NCBI GenBank assembly: GCA_044234005.1
Contig: JBIIJE010000025.1
Span: 1-26,740 of the forward strand
Direction: 5' to 3'
Origin: Chitinophagaceae bacterium
Lineage (GTDB): Bacteria > Bacteroidota > Bacteroidia > Chitinophagales > Chitinophagaceae
DNA length: 26,740 bases
This document shows positions 16,487 to 25,367 of this stretch, piece after piece. The notes beneath the pieces were generated by a model. That model saw only the letters and a program-made list of their open reading frames with translations. It had not been told where the DNA came from and searched no databases. How positions within the stretch are numbered: position 1 is the stretch's first letter; each line of letters begins with the position of its first letter. Both the position numbers and the translations under genes were made by a program.

Positions 16487-17869
16487 TTAATCGAGACTAT
16501 CTTTAAAAGGAATTAGCTTCGTTTTCTTGTATTTAATCCACGACCTTACAATATCATCTTCATCGGGGTGAAGCTTCGGAAACTGCAGATATTCTTTGGC
16601 ATCAACTAAGGTATAAATTTGACTTTGTTCATCAATATATCCATAGCCAAGCAACTTGAAATTTTCTATCAATACAATTGCTTTCTCTTGGGGCGTTCGC
16701 CCTTTATCATGCAGCATAAAATTTTTGTATGGAAAAGTATTTGATTTTACAATTTTCTCAACACGAGTATTATAAGATGCGGCAGCTTCTTGTCCGTTGC
16801 AAATACCTCTACATTTTTTAATCTGATGATGAAAACAAACACTCTCATCCGAGGTGAGCCCACAATATTTCAAACAAAGCTCATTCTCGTCAATCCATCG
16901 CTCCAACAATTCTCTGGCTGATGTATAATTTGTAAATGCCAACAAATAATTTTCTTGTTCATCAAAGTCTGCTATACTTAAGATTTCAATGCCTTCTTCA
17001 TTTTGAGTATGCTTAATCACATGGGTAAACACATCTTTTTTTCTAAGTCGATTATAGAATGGCTTATGCACTTTAATTTCCTGTGATTCGAGTATTAAAG
17101 AAATGAGTTCGCTGCCTGTTTCAATCCAATCTGCATTGCTCAAGTCTTGCAGCATTTGTTTGGTTTTTTTTAAGTCACTATTGAAATGACTTACTGCTCT
17201 TGCATACATATCTATACTCTTACCGATATAAACGATTTCTTCTTTCGCATTTAAAAAATAGTAAACCCCACAAGTTGCTGGAATTTTATCTAATATATAT
17301 TTCTTGATAGCATCTATTCGCGATGACATAATACTTGATAATGAACTTGCTTTATGTGTCTTACTTTGACTTTTTAATTGCAGTAAAATATCCAGGAGTT
17401 TGGCTGTCGCAATAGCATCGCCTTCTGCTCTATGTCGATTATGAATAGTAATGCCAATAGACTCGCATAAATTACCCAAGCTGTAGGATGGTTTTCCCGG
17501 CATTAGTTTACGACTTAGCTTAACAGTACAGAGTGTATCTCTTTTGTACTTATAACCGATTGATGCAAATTCTTCTTTGATAAAATTGTAATCAAATGCT
17601 GAATTATGTGCCACGAAAATATATCCTTCTGTATACTGTAATATTTCTTTTGCTACTTCATGAAATTTCGGGGCGTCTTGCACCATCTCATTGGTAATGC
17701 CCGACAAATTGGTGTAAAAGCTCGTGATATAGCATTCTGGATTAATGAGGGTACTAAATTTATCCACTACACTTAAGCCATCATGTACTAAAATACAAAT
17801 GTCGATAATTCTGCCACGTTGGTAAGCAAATTTAGACCCACAAGTTTCAATATCCACGATAGCAAACAT
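16487..17869 (-). CDS. DnaQ-type 3'-5' exonuclease fused to a GIY-YIG / UvrC-N-terminal (Cho-like) nuclease module
   Basis: Exo I FAIVDIETCG, Exo II VAHNSAFDYNF, Exo III HRAEGDA. Then GIY-YIG GVYYFLNAKEEIVYIGKS...R...H, and a UvrC-like Cys cluster CFHHQIKKCRGIC. Confidence 0.85.
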   Translation of the reverse strand: MFAIVDIETCGSKFAYQRGRIIDICILVHDGLSVVDKFSTLINPECYITSFYTNLSGITNEMVQDAPKFHEVAKEILQYTEGYIFVAHNSAFDYNFIKEEFASIGYKYKRDTLCTVKLSRKLMPGKPSYSLGNLCESIGITIHNRHRAEGDAIATAKLLDILLQLKSQSKTHKASSLSSIMSSRIDAIKKYILDKIPATCGVYYFLNAKEEIVYIGKSIDMYARAVSHFNSDLKKTKQMLQDLSNADWIETGSELISLILESQEIKVHKPFYNRLRKKDVFTHVIKHTQNEEGIEILSIADFDEQENYLLAFTNYTSARELLERWIDENELCLKYCGLTSDESVCFHHQIKKCRGICNGQEAAASYNTRVEKIVKSNTFPYKNFMLHDKGRTPQEKAIVLIENFKLLGYGYIDEQSQIYTLVDAKEYLQFPKLHPDEDDIVRSWIKYKKTKLIPFKDSLD

Positions 17870-17873
17870 GACT

Positions 17874-17881
17874 CAAATGTA
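17874..17881 (-). promoter_or_regulatory. candidate -7 box (TACATTTG on minus strand) for the exonuclease gene
   Basis: Plus strand reads CAAATGTA, only 4 nt upstream of ATG 17869. Confidence 0.4.
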
Positions 17882-18286
17882 GGTTGAGATGACCGAAATT
17901 TGAAGCATTAAATTCGTAAGGAATTCTACAAACACTAATTACTGAATCCGAAATCTTTTGGGCATTCCTCTTGCGTAATCTAGGTAAAGCATAGAGAATT
18001 AAAACTCAAACATAGAAAGAACAAAAGCGAAACCGAAACCTGCAAAATCTTTATTAACCCTAGAAGGGAAATGTTTTTATTCAGATTTATGGGCGGGAAG
18101 TATGTAGTTTATACTAACTATAGATTAATGGATCCGGTTCTTTTTTAACATCAAACAGTGATATTGAATATCTAATGGTTGAATACGATTTACTTTACTT
18201 TTTCCTATCATGTATTTATGAATTGCGATGTGCCAATTCATATTTTAATTTACTTTCGTGTCCACAACAAAATTTATATTTTTCAA

Positions 18287-19669
18287 ATGTCACAACAAGG
18301 TACAAAGAAGGCAACCATTATTGGCTCAGGATTAGTAGGCTCATTGTGGGCAGTTTATCTCAATAAAGCAGGTTACCAAGTAAATGTTTATGAGCGTCGT
18401 GCTGACATGCGATTGCAAAAAATGAGTGCTGGCAAATCAATTAACTTGGCCATGTCAACACGTGGTTGGAACGCACTTGATGAAATGGGTATTGGAGATG
18501 AGATTAGAAAAATAGCGATACCTATGTATGGCAGAACTATGCACGCCATTGACGGTAATACATCTTATCAGCCATATGGAAACGAAGGTCAAGCTATCTA
18601 TTCTGTATCTCGCTGGGACATTAATGCCACACTGATGACAATAGCAGAGCAGCATGATACAAGTAGCATTCATTTCAATGAAGAGTGCATTCACGTAAAT
18701 ATGCAAGACGGCTTAGTGACTTTCAAGAATACACAAGACGGTAAAATAACCGAAGTGAAATCGGATGTAATATTTGCAACCGATGGTGCGTTTAGTGCAG
18801 CCCGCTATAATGGCATGCAAAAAGTAGATCGTTTTACCTACTCGCAACAATACATACCTGATGGCTATCGCGAAATTTTATTACCTGCTAATGAAGACGG
18901 AACACATAAGTTAGACGCAAACACCTTGCATATTTGGCCGCGAGGAAGATTTATGCTTATTGCATTGCCTAATTTTGATGGGTCTTATACGTGTACATTG
19001 TTTATGCCATATGAAAATCATGAACATTGTTTTAATAACCTCACAAGCAAAGAAAAAGTTACCCAATTCTTTAAAGACGTTTTTCCAGATTTTTACGAGA
19101 TGATGCCAAGTGTAGCAGATAGCTGGGAAAGCCATCCCCTATCGTCGTTGGCTATTATAAGATGCTTGCCTTGGACGCATGGCAAACTTGTGTTGATGGG
19201 TGATGCGGCTCATGCAACTGTTCCATTTTTTGGGCAAGGCATGAATGCTGGCTTCGAAGATTGCTATGTGATGTGGAAATTAATTGAAAAGCACCATCAT
19301 GATTGGGAAATTATATTTAAAGAATTTGAACGCTTACGCAAGCCCAATGGAGATGCTGTGCAAGACTTGTCGATGCTCAATTATATTGTAATGCGCGATA
19401 AAGTGGCAGATCCTGATTTTCTACTGTTACAGAAAATTGAAAGACGAATTAATTATTTGTACCCTGACAAGTATTTCCCTTTGTATAGCATGGTTTCTTT
19501 CACGAATATAGAATATCAAATTGCTTTGCAAAAAGGTCAAGAACAAGAGGCGATGATAAAAACATTAATCGAGCAACAGAATATTACCGCACAAACTGGA
19601 GAAAGTGAAATTGACAATCTCATTCATGAATTTATGAAAACTCAATCCCTTAATCATGGCAACAAATAG
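18287..19669 (+). CDS. kmo: kynurenine 3-monooxygenase (FAD-dependent)
   Basis: Start set at ATG 18287 (MSQQGTKKATIIGSGLVGSL is the GxGxxG dinucleotide fold at the N-terminus). Also has DGAFSAAR and GDAAHATVPFFGQGMNAGFED motifs. The 36 upstream codons in the ORF track are AT-rich junk. Confidence 0.9.
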   Translation: MSQQGTKKATIIGSGLVGSLWAVYLNKAGYQVNVYERRADMRLQKMSAGKSINLAMSTRGWNALDEMGIGDEIRKIAIPMYGRTMHAIDGNTSYQPYGNEGQAIYSVSRWDINATLMTIAEQHDTSSIHFNEECIHVNMQDGLVTFKNTQDGKITEVKSDVIFATDGAFSAARYNGMQKVDRFTYSQQYIPDGYREILLPANEDGTHKLDANTLHIWPRGRFMLIALPNFDGSYTCTLFMPYENHEHCFNNLTSKEKVTQFFKDVFPDFYEMMPSVADSWESHPLSSLAIIRCLPWTHGKLVLMGDAAHATVPFFGQGMNAGFEDCYVMWKLIEKHHHDWEIIFKEFERLRKPNGDAVQDLSMLNYIVMRDKVADPDFLLLQKIERRINYLYPDKYFPLYSMVSFTNIEYQIALQKGQEQEAMIKTLIEQQNITAQTGESEIDNLIHEFMKTQSLNHGNK

Positions 19670-20570
19670 AGAAGATATATTAAATCGTATTGATCGTAAA
19701 TTTAACGACATCGATCAAAATCCTGATACGCATTTAGAAGGCTTAGTCCATGTGAATCCGATAACTTATTGGGATTACATTTTACCTGATGCCTTGCTCA
19801 GCTTGCAAATACAACGTACCACATTGCCTGATGAGATGGTATTTATCATGTATCATCAAATCAATGAATTGATTTTTAAAATGATATTGTGGGAAATAGA
19901 TCAAGTGAGCCAAGCTGAACCAATCGAGGCTAATTTTTTTACCGAAAAACTACGTAGAATCAGTCGCTATTTCGATTTACTTTCTAACTCATTTGAAATA
20001 ATGGGCGACGGTATGGAAGTAGAACAATACATGAAGTTTAGAAATACGCTTACTCCAGCAAGCGGATTCCAATCAGCTAATTATCGTTTAATTGAATTTG
20101 CTTCAACCGAATTAATTAATCTCATTGATTATCGTTTTAGAGCCACCATCAATAGAGATACGCCTTACTCACATGCCTATAATCATTTGTATTGGCAGGC
20201 TGCCGGAAAGGATCACACAACAGGCAAAAAAAGTACTTTGATAGTTAATTTTGAAAACCGATATAAAGAGTTTTTTTTGCAAAAAATGGAATCTTATAAC
20301 ACCACAAATCTTTGGACTAAATTCAAGCAACTACCAGAAAATATCAAGCAAGATGAAGCCTTAATCAAAGCCATGCGACATTATGATTATACCGTAAATG
20401 TGTCTTGGGTAATGGCGCATTATCATGCCGCTGCTAAATATATTGGTGGGGGCGAAGCAACCGGTGGCAGCGATTGGCGCAAATACATGCATCCGCGTTA
20501 TCAACGACGTATTTTTTTTCCAGATTTATGGACAGCAGAGGAATTAGCGCATTGGGGCGAAAATGTCTAA
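19656..20570 (+). CDS. kynA: tryptophan 2,3-dioxygenase
   Basis: 304 aa. Has YWDYI...LLSLQ, FIMYHQINELIFK and MKFRNTLTPASGFQS, plus a C-terminal heme-ligand region HYHAA...ATGGSDW. The start overlaps the kmo stop by 14 nt. Confidence 0.85.
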   Translation: MATNREDILNRIDRKFNDIDQNPDTHLEGLVHVNPITYWDYILPDALLSLQIQRTTLPDEMVFIMYHQINELIFKMILWEIDQVSQAEPIEANFFTEKLRRISRYFDLLSNSFEIMGDGMEVEQYMKFRNTLTPASGFQSANYRLIEFASTELINLIDYRFRATINRDTPYSHAYNHLYWQAAGKDHTTGKKSTLIVNFENRYKEFFLQKMESYNTTNLWTKFKQLPENIKQDEALIKAMRHYDYTVNVSWVMAHYHAAAKYIGGGEATGGSDWRKYMHPRYQRRIFFPDLWTAEELAHWGENV

Positions 20571-20606
20571 GTGATGAGCATCTATGATAAAACACACATA
20601 AAATAT

Positions 20607-20614
20607 TACTTTTG
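20607..20614 (+). promoter_or_regulatory. candidate -7 box TACTTTTG for deoC
   Basis: Exact TAnnTTTG match 4 nt upstream of ATG 20619. Confidence 0.4.
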
Positions 20615-20618
20615 ATCT

Positions 20619-21509
20619 ATGACATTCACAAAATCCCCAAGTATTGACCAGGTCGGTGTAGAAGAAAGAGTTGCTCGATTTAATACACGAAGTATTAAAA
20701 AATCTAGCAAAGTGCAAGGGTTACATTTAGCGTTAAGCATGATAGACTTAACCACATTAGAAGGGAAAGATACAGTTGGGAAAGTAAAACAAATGTGCTA
20801 CAAGGCGCAACACATTGCCGACCATTTATCCAATTTACCGCAAGTTGCAGCTGTTTGTGTTTATCCGAATCATGTGAAAACAGCCAAACTCGCTTTGGGT
20901 AATTCAGGCATCAAAGTAGCGTCTGTAGCTACTGCATTTCCTAGTGGTAATTCAAGCAGAAAAATAAAACTTGAAGATACAAAAATGGCTGTTTCGCATG
21001 GAGCCGATGAAGTGGATATGGTGATTAGTAGAGGCGAATTTCTTTCCGGTAATTACAATTTCGTGTTTGATGAAATTGCTGCTATAAAAGAAGCTTGCCA
21101 ACACGCTCGACTCAAGGTAATTCTTGAAACTGGCGAATTGTCTACCTTAGATAATATCCGAAAAGCAAGCGATATTGCTATGGCTGCTGGCGCGGATTTT
21201 ATTAAAACATCAACTGGCAAAATACAGCCTGCTGCTACAATGCCCGTGACATTTGTGATGCTACAAGCCATTCTAGATTTTTATGAAGCGACAGGAAGAA
21301 TGGTAGGTATGAAACCTGCTGGTGGTATTTCAACGGCAAAAGCATCCTTGCAATATTTAGTGATGTTGTATGAAACTTTGGGCGAAAAATGGATGAGTAA
21401 CGAGTGGTTTCGTTTTGGGGCAAGTAGTTTAGCCAATGATATTATCATGCAATTGGCAAAAGAAGCAAATGGGGTTTATTATTCAAGCGATTATATTTCC
21501 AAAGATTAG
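20619..21509 (+). CDS. deoC: deoxyribose-phosphate aldolase (long, E. coli-type DeoC)
   Basis: Collinear with E. coli DeoC: IDLTTLEG.DT, AAVCVYP, GADEVDMVI, LKVILETGEL, GADFIKTSTGK (Schiff-base Lys), GMKPAGGI and FRFGASS. Confidence 0.92.
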   Translation: MTFTKSPSIDQVGVEERVARFNTRSIKKSSKVQGLHLALSMIDLTTLEGKDTVGKVKQMCYKAQHIADHLSNLPQVAAVCVYPNHVKTAKLALGNSGIKVASVATAFPSGNSSRKIKLEDTKMAVSHGADEVDMVISRGEFLSGNYNFVFDEIAAIKEACQHARLKVILETGELSTLDNIRKASDIAMAAGADFIKTSTGKIQPAATMPVTFVMLQAILDFYEATGRMVGMKPAGGISTAKASLQYLVMLYETLGEKWMSNEWFRFGASSLANDIIMQLAKEANGVYYSSDYISKD

Positions 21510-21594
21510 ATGCAGTGATTGAAGACTGAGGTCGCATCGATGAACAATATCCTCGGCTTAATACAAAGCATATTTATTTTAAAGCACATCAAAA

Positions 21595-23124
21595 ATGAAG
21601 AAAGTACAAAATCCAAAATTGAAAATAGCTGAGCTTGGTAAGAAGCCATCGGCATCTTCTGCTGGAAATTATAAATCAAAATCGGCATTTGAGGCTTGGG
21701 ATTATGTACCAGCGCCTGAGAGTGCGGAACATGTTAAAATTGAAAAACAGTATGAGTTATTTATTGGTGGGAAATTTATAAAGCCGATTAGTAAAAAATA
21801 TTATGAAACGATAAATCCGGCTAACGGAAAAGTATTGAGCAATATTGCTGACGCCAATGAAAAAGACGTAGATTTCGCGGTGAAAGCAGCGAAGAAAGCA
21901 TATGATAATGTATGGTCTAAATTAAGTGGTGCTGAACGTGGTAAATATATTTATCGTATTGCGCGTATGATGCAAGAACGCGCCCGTGAGTTTTCTGTAA
22001 TTGAAACAATGAATGGAGGTAAATCTATTCGAGAAAGTAGAGATATTGATATTCCTTTAGCCGCGAATCACTTTTTCTACTATGCAGGTTGGGCAGATAA
22101 ATTAGATTATGCATTCCCCAATCGTAAACCAAAATCAATTGGAGTAGCTGGTCAAATCATACCATGGAATTTCCCATTATTAATGGCTGCATGGAAAATA
22201 GCTCCAGCATTGGCTACCGGTAATACCGTTGTACTGAAACCAGCAGAAAGCACGCCTTTAACTGCTTTAAAGCTTGCTGAATTAATACGTGATGCAGGTA
22301 TTCCAGATGGTGTTGTAAATATAGTCACAGGTCATGGGCAAGCAGGAGCTGCGCTAGTAAATCATCCTTTGGTCGATAAAATCGCCTTTACAGGAAGTAC
22401 ACCTGTTGGCAAGTTCATACAAAAGGCGGTTGCAGGCACAAACAAAAAAATAAGTTTGGAATTAGGCGGCAAAGCGGCTAACATTATCTTTGACGATGCT
22501 CCCATTGATCAAGCTGTGGAAGGCATCGTGAATGCTATATTTTTTAACCAAGGTCATGTATGTTGTGCAGGTTCGAGATTGTTTATTCAAGAAAATATTG
22601 CACCCAAAGTTATTCAAAAATTGAAGCGCCGCATGAGTACATTAATTGTAGGTGACCCCTTAGATAAGAATACAGATATTGGCGCAATTAACTCGCGCAG
22701 ACAACTCGATAAAATAAATGAGTATATAAAAATTGGCATTGATGAAGGTGCTGAAATCTATCAACCAGATTGCAAAATGCCAAGTAGTGGTTTTTACTGT
22801 AAGCCTACATTATTCTTAAATACAACCCAGTCGCATCGTATAGTACAAGAAGAAATTTTTGGGCCTGTACTAGCCATTCAAACTTTTAGAACCATTGAAG
22901 AAGTGATTGAGAAAGCAAATAATATTCCATATGGCTTAAGTGCGGGAGTTTGGACCGATAAAGGAAGTAAAATATTTAACCTCACAACCAAACTTAAGGC
23001 AGGCGTAGTATGGGCGAATACTTTTAATAAATTTGATCCTACTTCTCCTTTTGGTGGCTATAAAGAAAGCGGGTTTGGCAGAGAAGGCGGATTACACGGT
23101 TTGATGCCTTATGTAAAATTTTAG
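21595..23124 (+). CDS. NAD(P)-dependent aldehyde dehydrogenase
   Basis: Has IIPWNFPLLMAAWKIAPALATGNTVVLKP, LELGGKA (catalytic Glu), NQGHVCCAGSR (catalytic Cys) and EEIFGPV. Carries an N-terminal extension of about 50 aa. Confidence 0.92.
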   Translation: MKKVQNPKLKIAELGKKPSASSAGNYKSKSAFEAWDYVPAPESAEHVKIEKQYELFIGGKFIKPISKKYYETINPANGKVLSNIADANEKDVDFAVKAAKKAYDNVWSKLSGAERGKYIYRIARMMQERAREFSVIETMNGGKSIRESRDIDIPLAANHFFYYAGWADKLDYAFPNRKPKSIGVAGQIIPWNFPLLMAAWKIAPALATGNTVVLKPAESTPLTALKLAELIRDAGIPDGVVNIVTGHGQAGAALVNHPLVDKIAFTGSTPVGKFIQKAVAGTNKKISLELGGKAANIIFDDAPIDQAVEGIVNAIFFNQGHVCCAGSRLFIQENIAPKVIQKLKRRMSTLIVGDPLDKNTDIGAINSRRQLDKINEYIKIGIDEGAEIYQPDCKMPSSGFYCKPTLFLNTTQSHRIVQEEIFGPVLAIQTFRTIEEVIEKANNIPYGLSAGVWTDKGSKIFNLTTKLKAGVVWANTFNKFDPTSPFGGYKESGFGREGGLHGLMPYVKF

Positions 23125-23211
23125 TTAGCAATTCATGCAGATGTCAGATATGTTTTTTAGGAAGCCCTAATCAATTTGAACAAAAATTGGTTCAAGAATA
23201 TTGCTGTAATG

Positions 23212-23817
23212 TTAGCTTATTTTTTCAGCAGATTCCGGCAGATTCAGATCAAAATCGCTACACAATAATTTTTCAATGACTCTTGCATAATACTTATGTT
23301 CTAAAGCGAGCACTTTTTGTGCCACATTCAGAGCATTATCAATCGGTTCTATTGCTATTTTCTCTTGTAAAATAATGGCTCCATCATCATACTTTTCGTT
23401 CACATAGTGAATGGTTATGCCTGTTTCCGTTTCGTGATTGGCCACAACAGCTTCATGCACATAATGCCCATACATACCTTTACCTCCATATTTGGGCAGT
23501 AATGCAGGATGTATATTAATAATTTTACCTTCAAATTGATTGACCAACAAAGAAGGTATTTTCCAAAGAAATCCAGCTAAGACGAGTAGGTTGGGCTTAT
23601 ACTTTTTTAGCATTTTTGAAAAAGAAACATCTTGAAAAATATCCTTATTGATAAGCATCACAGGAATATTGTAAGATTTTGCGATTTGAATGACTCCCGC
23701 AGATGCATTATTACAGACAATCAACGGAAATTCAACATGAGGTTTACTGGCAAAATACGTTAAAATGGCTTTTACATTACTCCCACCTCCTGATGCAAAA
23801 AGAATGACTCTTGGCAT
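23212..23817 (-). CDS. purN: phosphoribosylglycinamide formyltransferase
   Basis: Has ILFASGGGSN, LLVLAGFLWKIP and INIHPALLPKYGGKGMYGHYVHEAV. Confidence 0.92.
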   Translation of the reverse strand: MPRVILFASGGGSNVKAILTYFASKPHVEFPLIVCNNASAGVIQIAKSYNIPVMLINKDIFQDVSFSKMLKKYKPNLLVLAGFLWKIPSLLVNQFEGKIINIHPALLPKYGGKGMYGHYVHEAVVANHETETGITIHYVNEKYDDGAIILQEKIAIEPIDNALNVAQKVLALEHKYYARVIEKLLCSDFDLNLPESAEKIS

Positions 23818-23818
23818 G

Positions 23819-24121
23819 TTAAGAAATTACATTTTCTTTCTTCAACAAGCCCATACGTCGAAGTATTTTCTTCTCATAATTCCAGAAAAACGAAAACTGC
23901 CCAAAAGGAATAGATACCAATAATATGATAATTTGATATCCGAAAATAAGTACAATGATTTTAAGCAGCCAAAACATTCCAGAATACTTTTCAATCTCAA
24001 GCCACGTGGTAATTTGCCTCGAAATATAAGCCGTTGTGGTACCTGTAATTGCAAATACACATAATATTAGAAATAATTGTTTGCCGTTGACTTGCCAGCG
24101 TTTTTGTAGTTTTTCAAACAT
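23819..24121 (-). CDS. small integral membrane protein (two predicted TM helices), function unknown
   Basis: 100 aa with two hydrophobic stretches (LFLILCVFAITGTTTAYI and FWLLKIIVLIFGYQIIILLVSIPF). Its stop lies 1 bp from the purN start. It resembles small conserved Bacteroidota membrane proteins, but I cannot name the family with confidence. Confidence 0.55.
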   Translation of the reverse strand: MFEKLQKRWQVNGKQLFLILCVFAITGTTTAYISRQITTWLEIEKYSGMFWLLKIIVLIFGYQIIILLVSIPFGQFSFFWNYEKKILRRMGLLKKENVIS

Positions 24122-24140
24122 AATTGAAAGAAGCGCTGGG

Positions 24141-25232
24141 TTATTTTTTGTTTACATCACTGATGCTGTGTATGTCCATTAGTAATTTGGGATCTCGACC
24201 GTTTAATACTTTAGAAATAGTTTCTTCAGGTATTACTTGTTTTACTTTGTGTCCTTGCGAAATTACTGAGTGTCGATTCACTTTCATCGGGCCTTCAATG
24301 ATCCAGTCTTGTGTTTCTTTTTTATCGAATCGGCAAGTGTTGCATATCCAACCAGGTTTACCATCTTTTGTATTATCAGCTACTTCACCCCATTCGTCTT
24401 TTCGAGCTGTAACTCGTAAAACATCATCTCCACGATACCACAATGTTACTTCTCCACAGCAATTTTTACAATCGCGATGCGCTAAAACAGGTTTAGTAAA
24501 CCATACACGATTTTTAAATCGGAATGTTTTATCAGTTAATGCACCTACAGGACATACATCTATCATATTGCCACTGAAATCATTATCGATGGCTTTAGAA
24601 ATAAGCGTGGAAATTTCTGCATGGTCACCTCTTTCGAGTATACCATGATTACGCGAATTAGTCAATTGGTCTGCCACATATGTACAGCGATAGCATAAAA
24701 TACATCGCGTCATATGCAATTGTATATAGGGTCCAATATCTTCTTTCTCAAAGGTACGTCTGTCAAATTCGTAGCGAGTTCCTTCTTTGCCGTGCTCATA
24801 ACCCAAATCTTGTAAATGACACTCGCCGGCTTGGTCGCAAACAGGGCAATCTAAAGGATGATTTAATAATAGCATTTCAACTACACCTGCTCTAGCTTCT
24901 TTTACTTTATCGCTCGTGATATTCTTCACAATCATGCCATCCATTACGCCAGTTCGGCAACTAGCTTGCAATTTGGGCATGGGTCGGGGATCTTTAGCAG
25001 AACCTGCAGCTACTTCTACCAAACATGTTCGGCATTTACCACCGCTACCTTCTAATTTGCTGTAATAGCACATAGCGGGGGGTGTTACATCACCGCCTAT
25101 CATACGCGCGGCTTGTAATACAGTGGTTCCAGGGGGAACTTCAATAGTTATGTTATCAATAGTAACTGATAAATTAGGATTAACGACTACTTCGCTCATA
25201 TTGGCAAAAGTAGCATCAAAATCTAAATTCAT
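24141..25232 (-). CDS. nuoG: NADH-quinone oxidoreductase subunit G, short Bacteroidota form (2Fe-2S and 4Fe-4S domains, no molybdopterin-like domain)
   Basis: N1b 2Fe-2S cysteines (CYY...GKCRTCLVEV...SC), N5 HPLDCPVCDQAGEC and N4 CILCYRC...CPVGAL. A Cys-rich C-terminal segment follows (CKNCCGE, CNTC). 363 aa. Confidence 0.88.
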   Translation of the reverse strand: MNLDFDATFANMSEVVVNPNLSVTIDNITIEVPPGTTVLQAARMIGGDVTPPAMCYYSKLEGSGGKCRTCLVEVAAGSAKDPRPMPKLQASCRTGVMDGMIVKNITSDKVKEARAGVVEMLLLNHPLDCPVCDQAGECHLQDLGYEHGKEGTRYEFDRRTFEKEDIGPYIQLHMTRCILCYRCTYVADQLTNSRNHGILERGDHAEISTLISKAIDNDFSGNMIDVCPVGALTDKTFRFKNRVWFTKPVLAHRDCKNCCGEVTLWYRGDDVLRVTARKDEWGEVADNTKDGKPGWICNTCRFDKKETQDWIIEGPMKVNRHSVISQGHKVKQVIPEETISKVLNGRDPKLLMDIHSISDVNKK

Positions 25233-25367
25233 GGGATTAAATTCGGATAGATATTCTAAATTAGAGATTGGTTAAGCCTAGCGTGGCAGATTAGGGAAAG
25301 CGGTTTTATACTTAAGTTAGATACTGCTTAGCACTTTATGTTCATGCTAGACTTATTAAAGTACTTA

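Noticed and set aside
18071-18148. A 25-codon ORF (MFLFRFMGGKYVVYTNYRLMDPVLF) upstream of kmo, considered as a possible leader peptide
   Set aside because: It has no Trp codons or other regulatory codon run, no adjacent terminator/antiterminator structure, and no promoter box.
18179-18286. The 36-codon 5' extension of kmo, and the overlapping ORF 18175-18366
   Set aside because: The sequence is AT-rich and hydrophobic and lies before the GxGxxG fold. FAD monooxygenases begin with the dinucleotide-binding motif, which here starts right after ATG 18287.
23172-23195. Hairpins in the ALDH/purN spacer (TTGAAC...GTTCAA and CAATTT...AAATTG), considered as a bidirectional terminator
   Set aside because: The stems are only 6 bp, AT-rich and mutually exclusive, and there is no clear U-tract. 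I cannot support a terminator call.
24124-24648. A 174-aa plus-strand ORF antisense to nuoG. Similar antisense or internal ORFs occur at 861-1055, 1878-2120, 2259-2663, 2846-3031, 7645-7827, 9705-10055, 12305-12538, 12998-13210, 18455-18706, 18911-19135, 21053-21271, 21235-21423, 21506-21688, 23842-24060, 24680-24895 and 26328-26570.
   Set aside because: Each lies wholly within, or antisense to, a gene with strong family signatures. Their compositions are Ser/Cys/Leu-rich or otherwise shadow-frame-like, and none has a recognisable motif.
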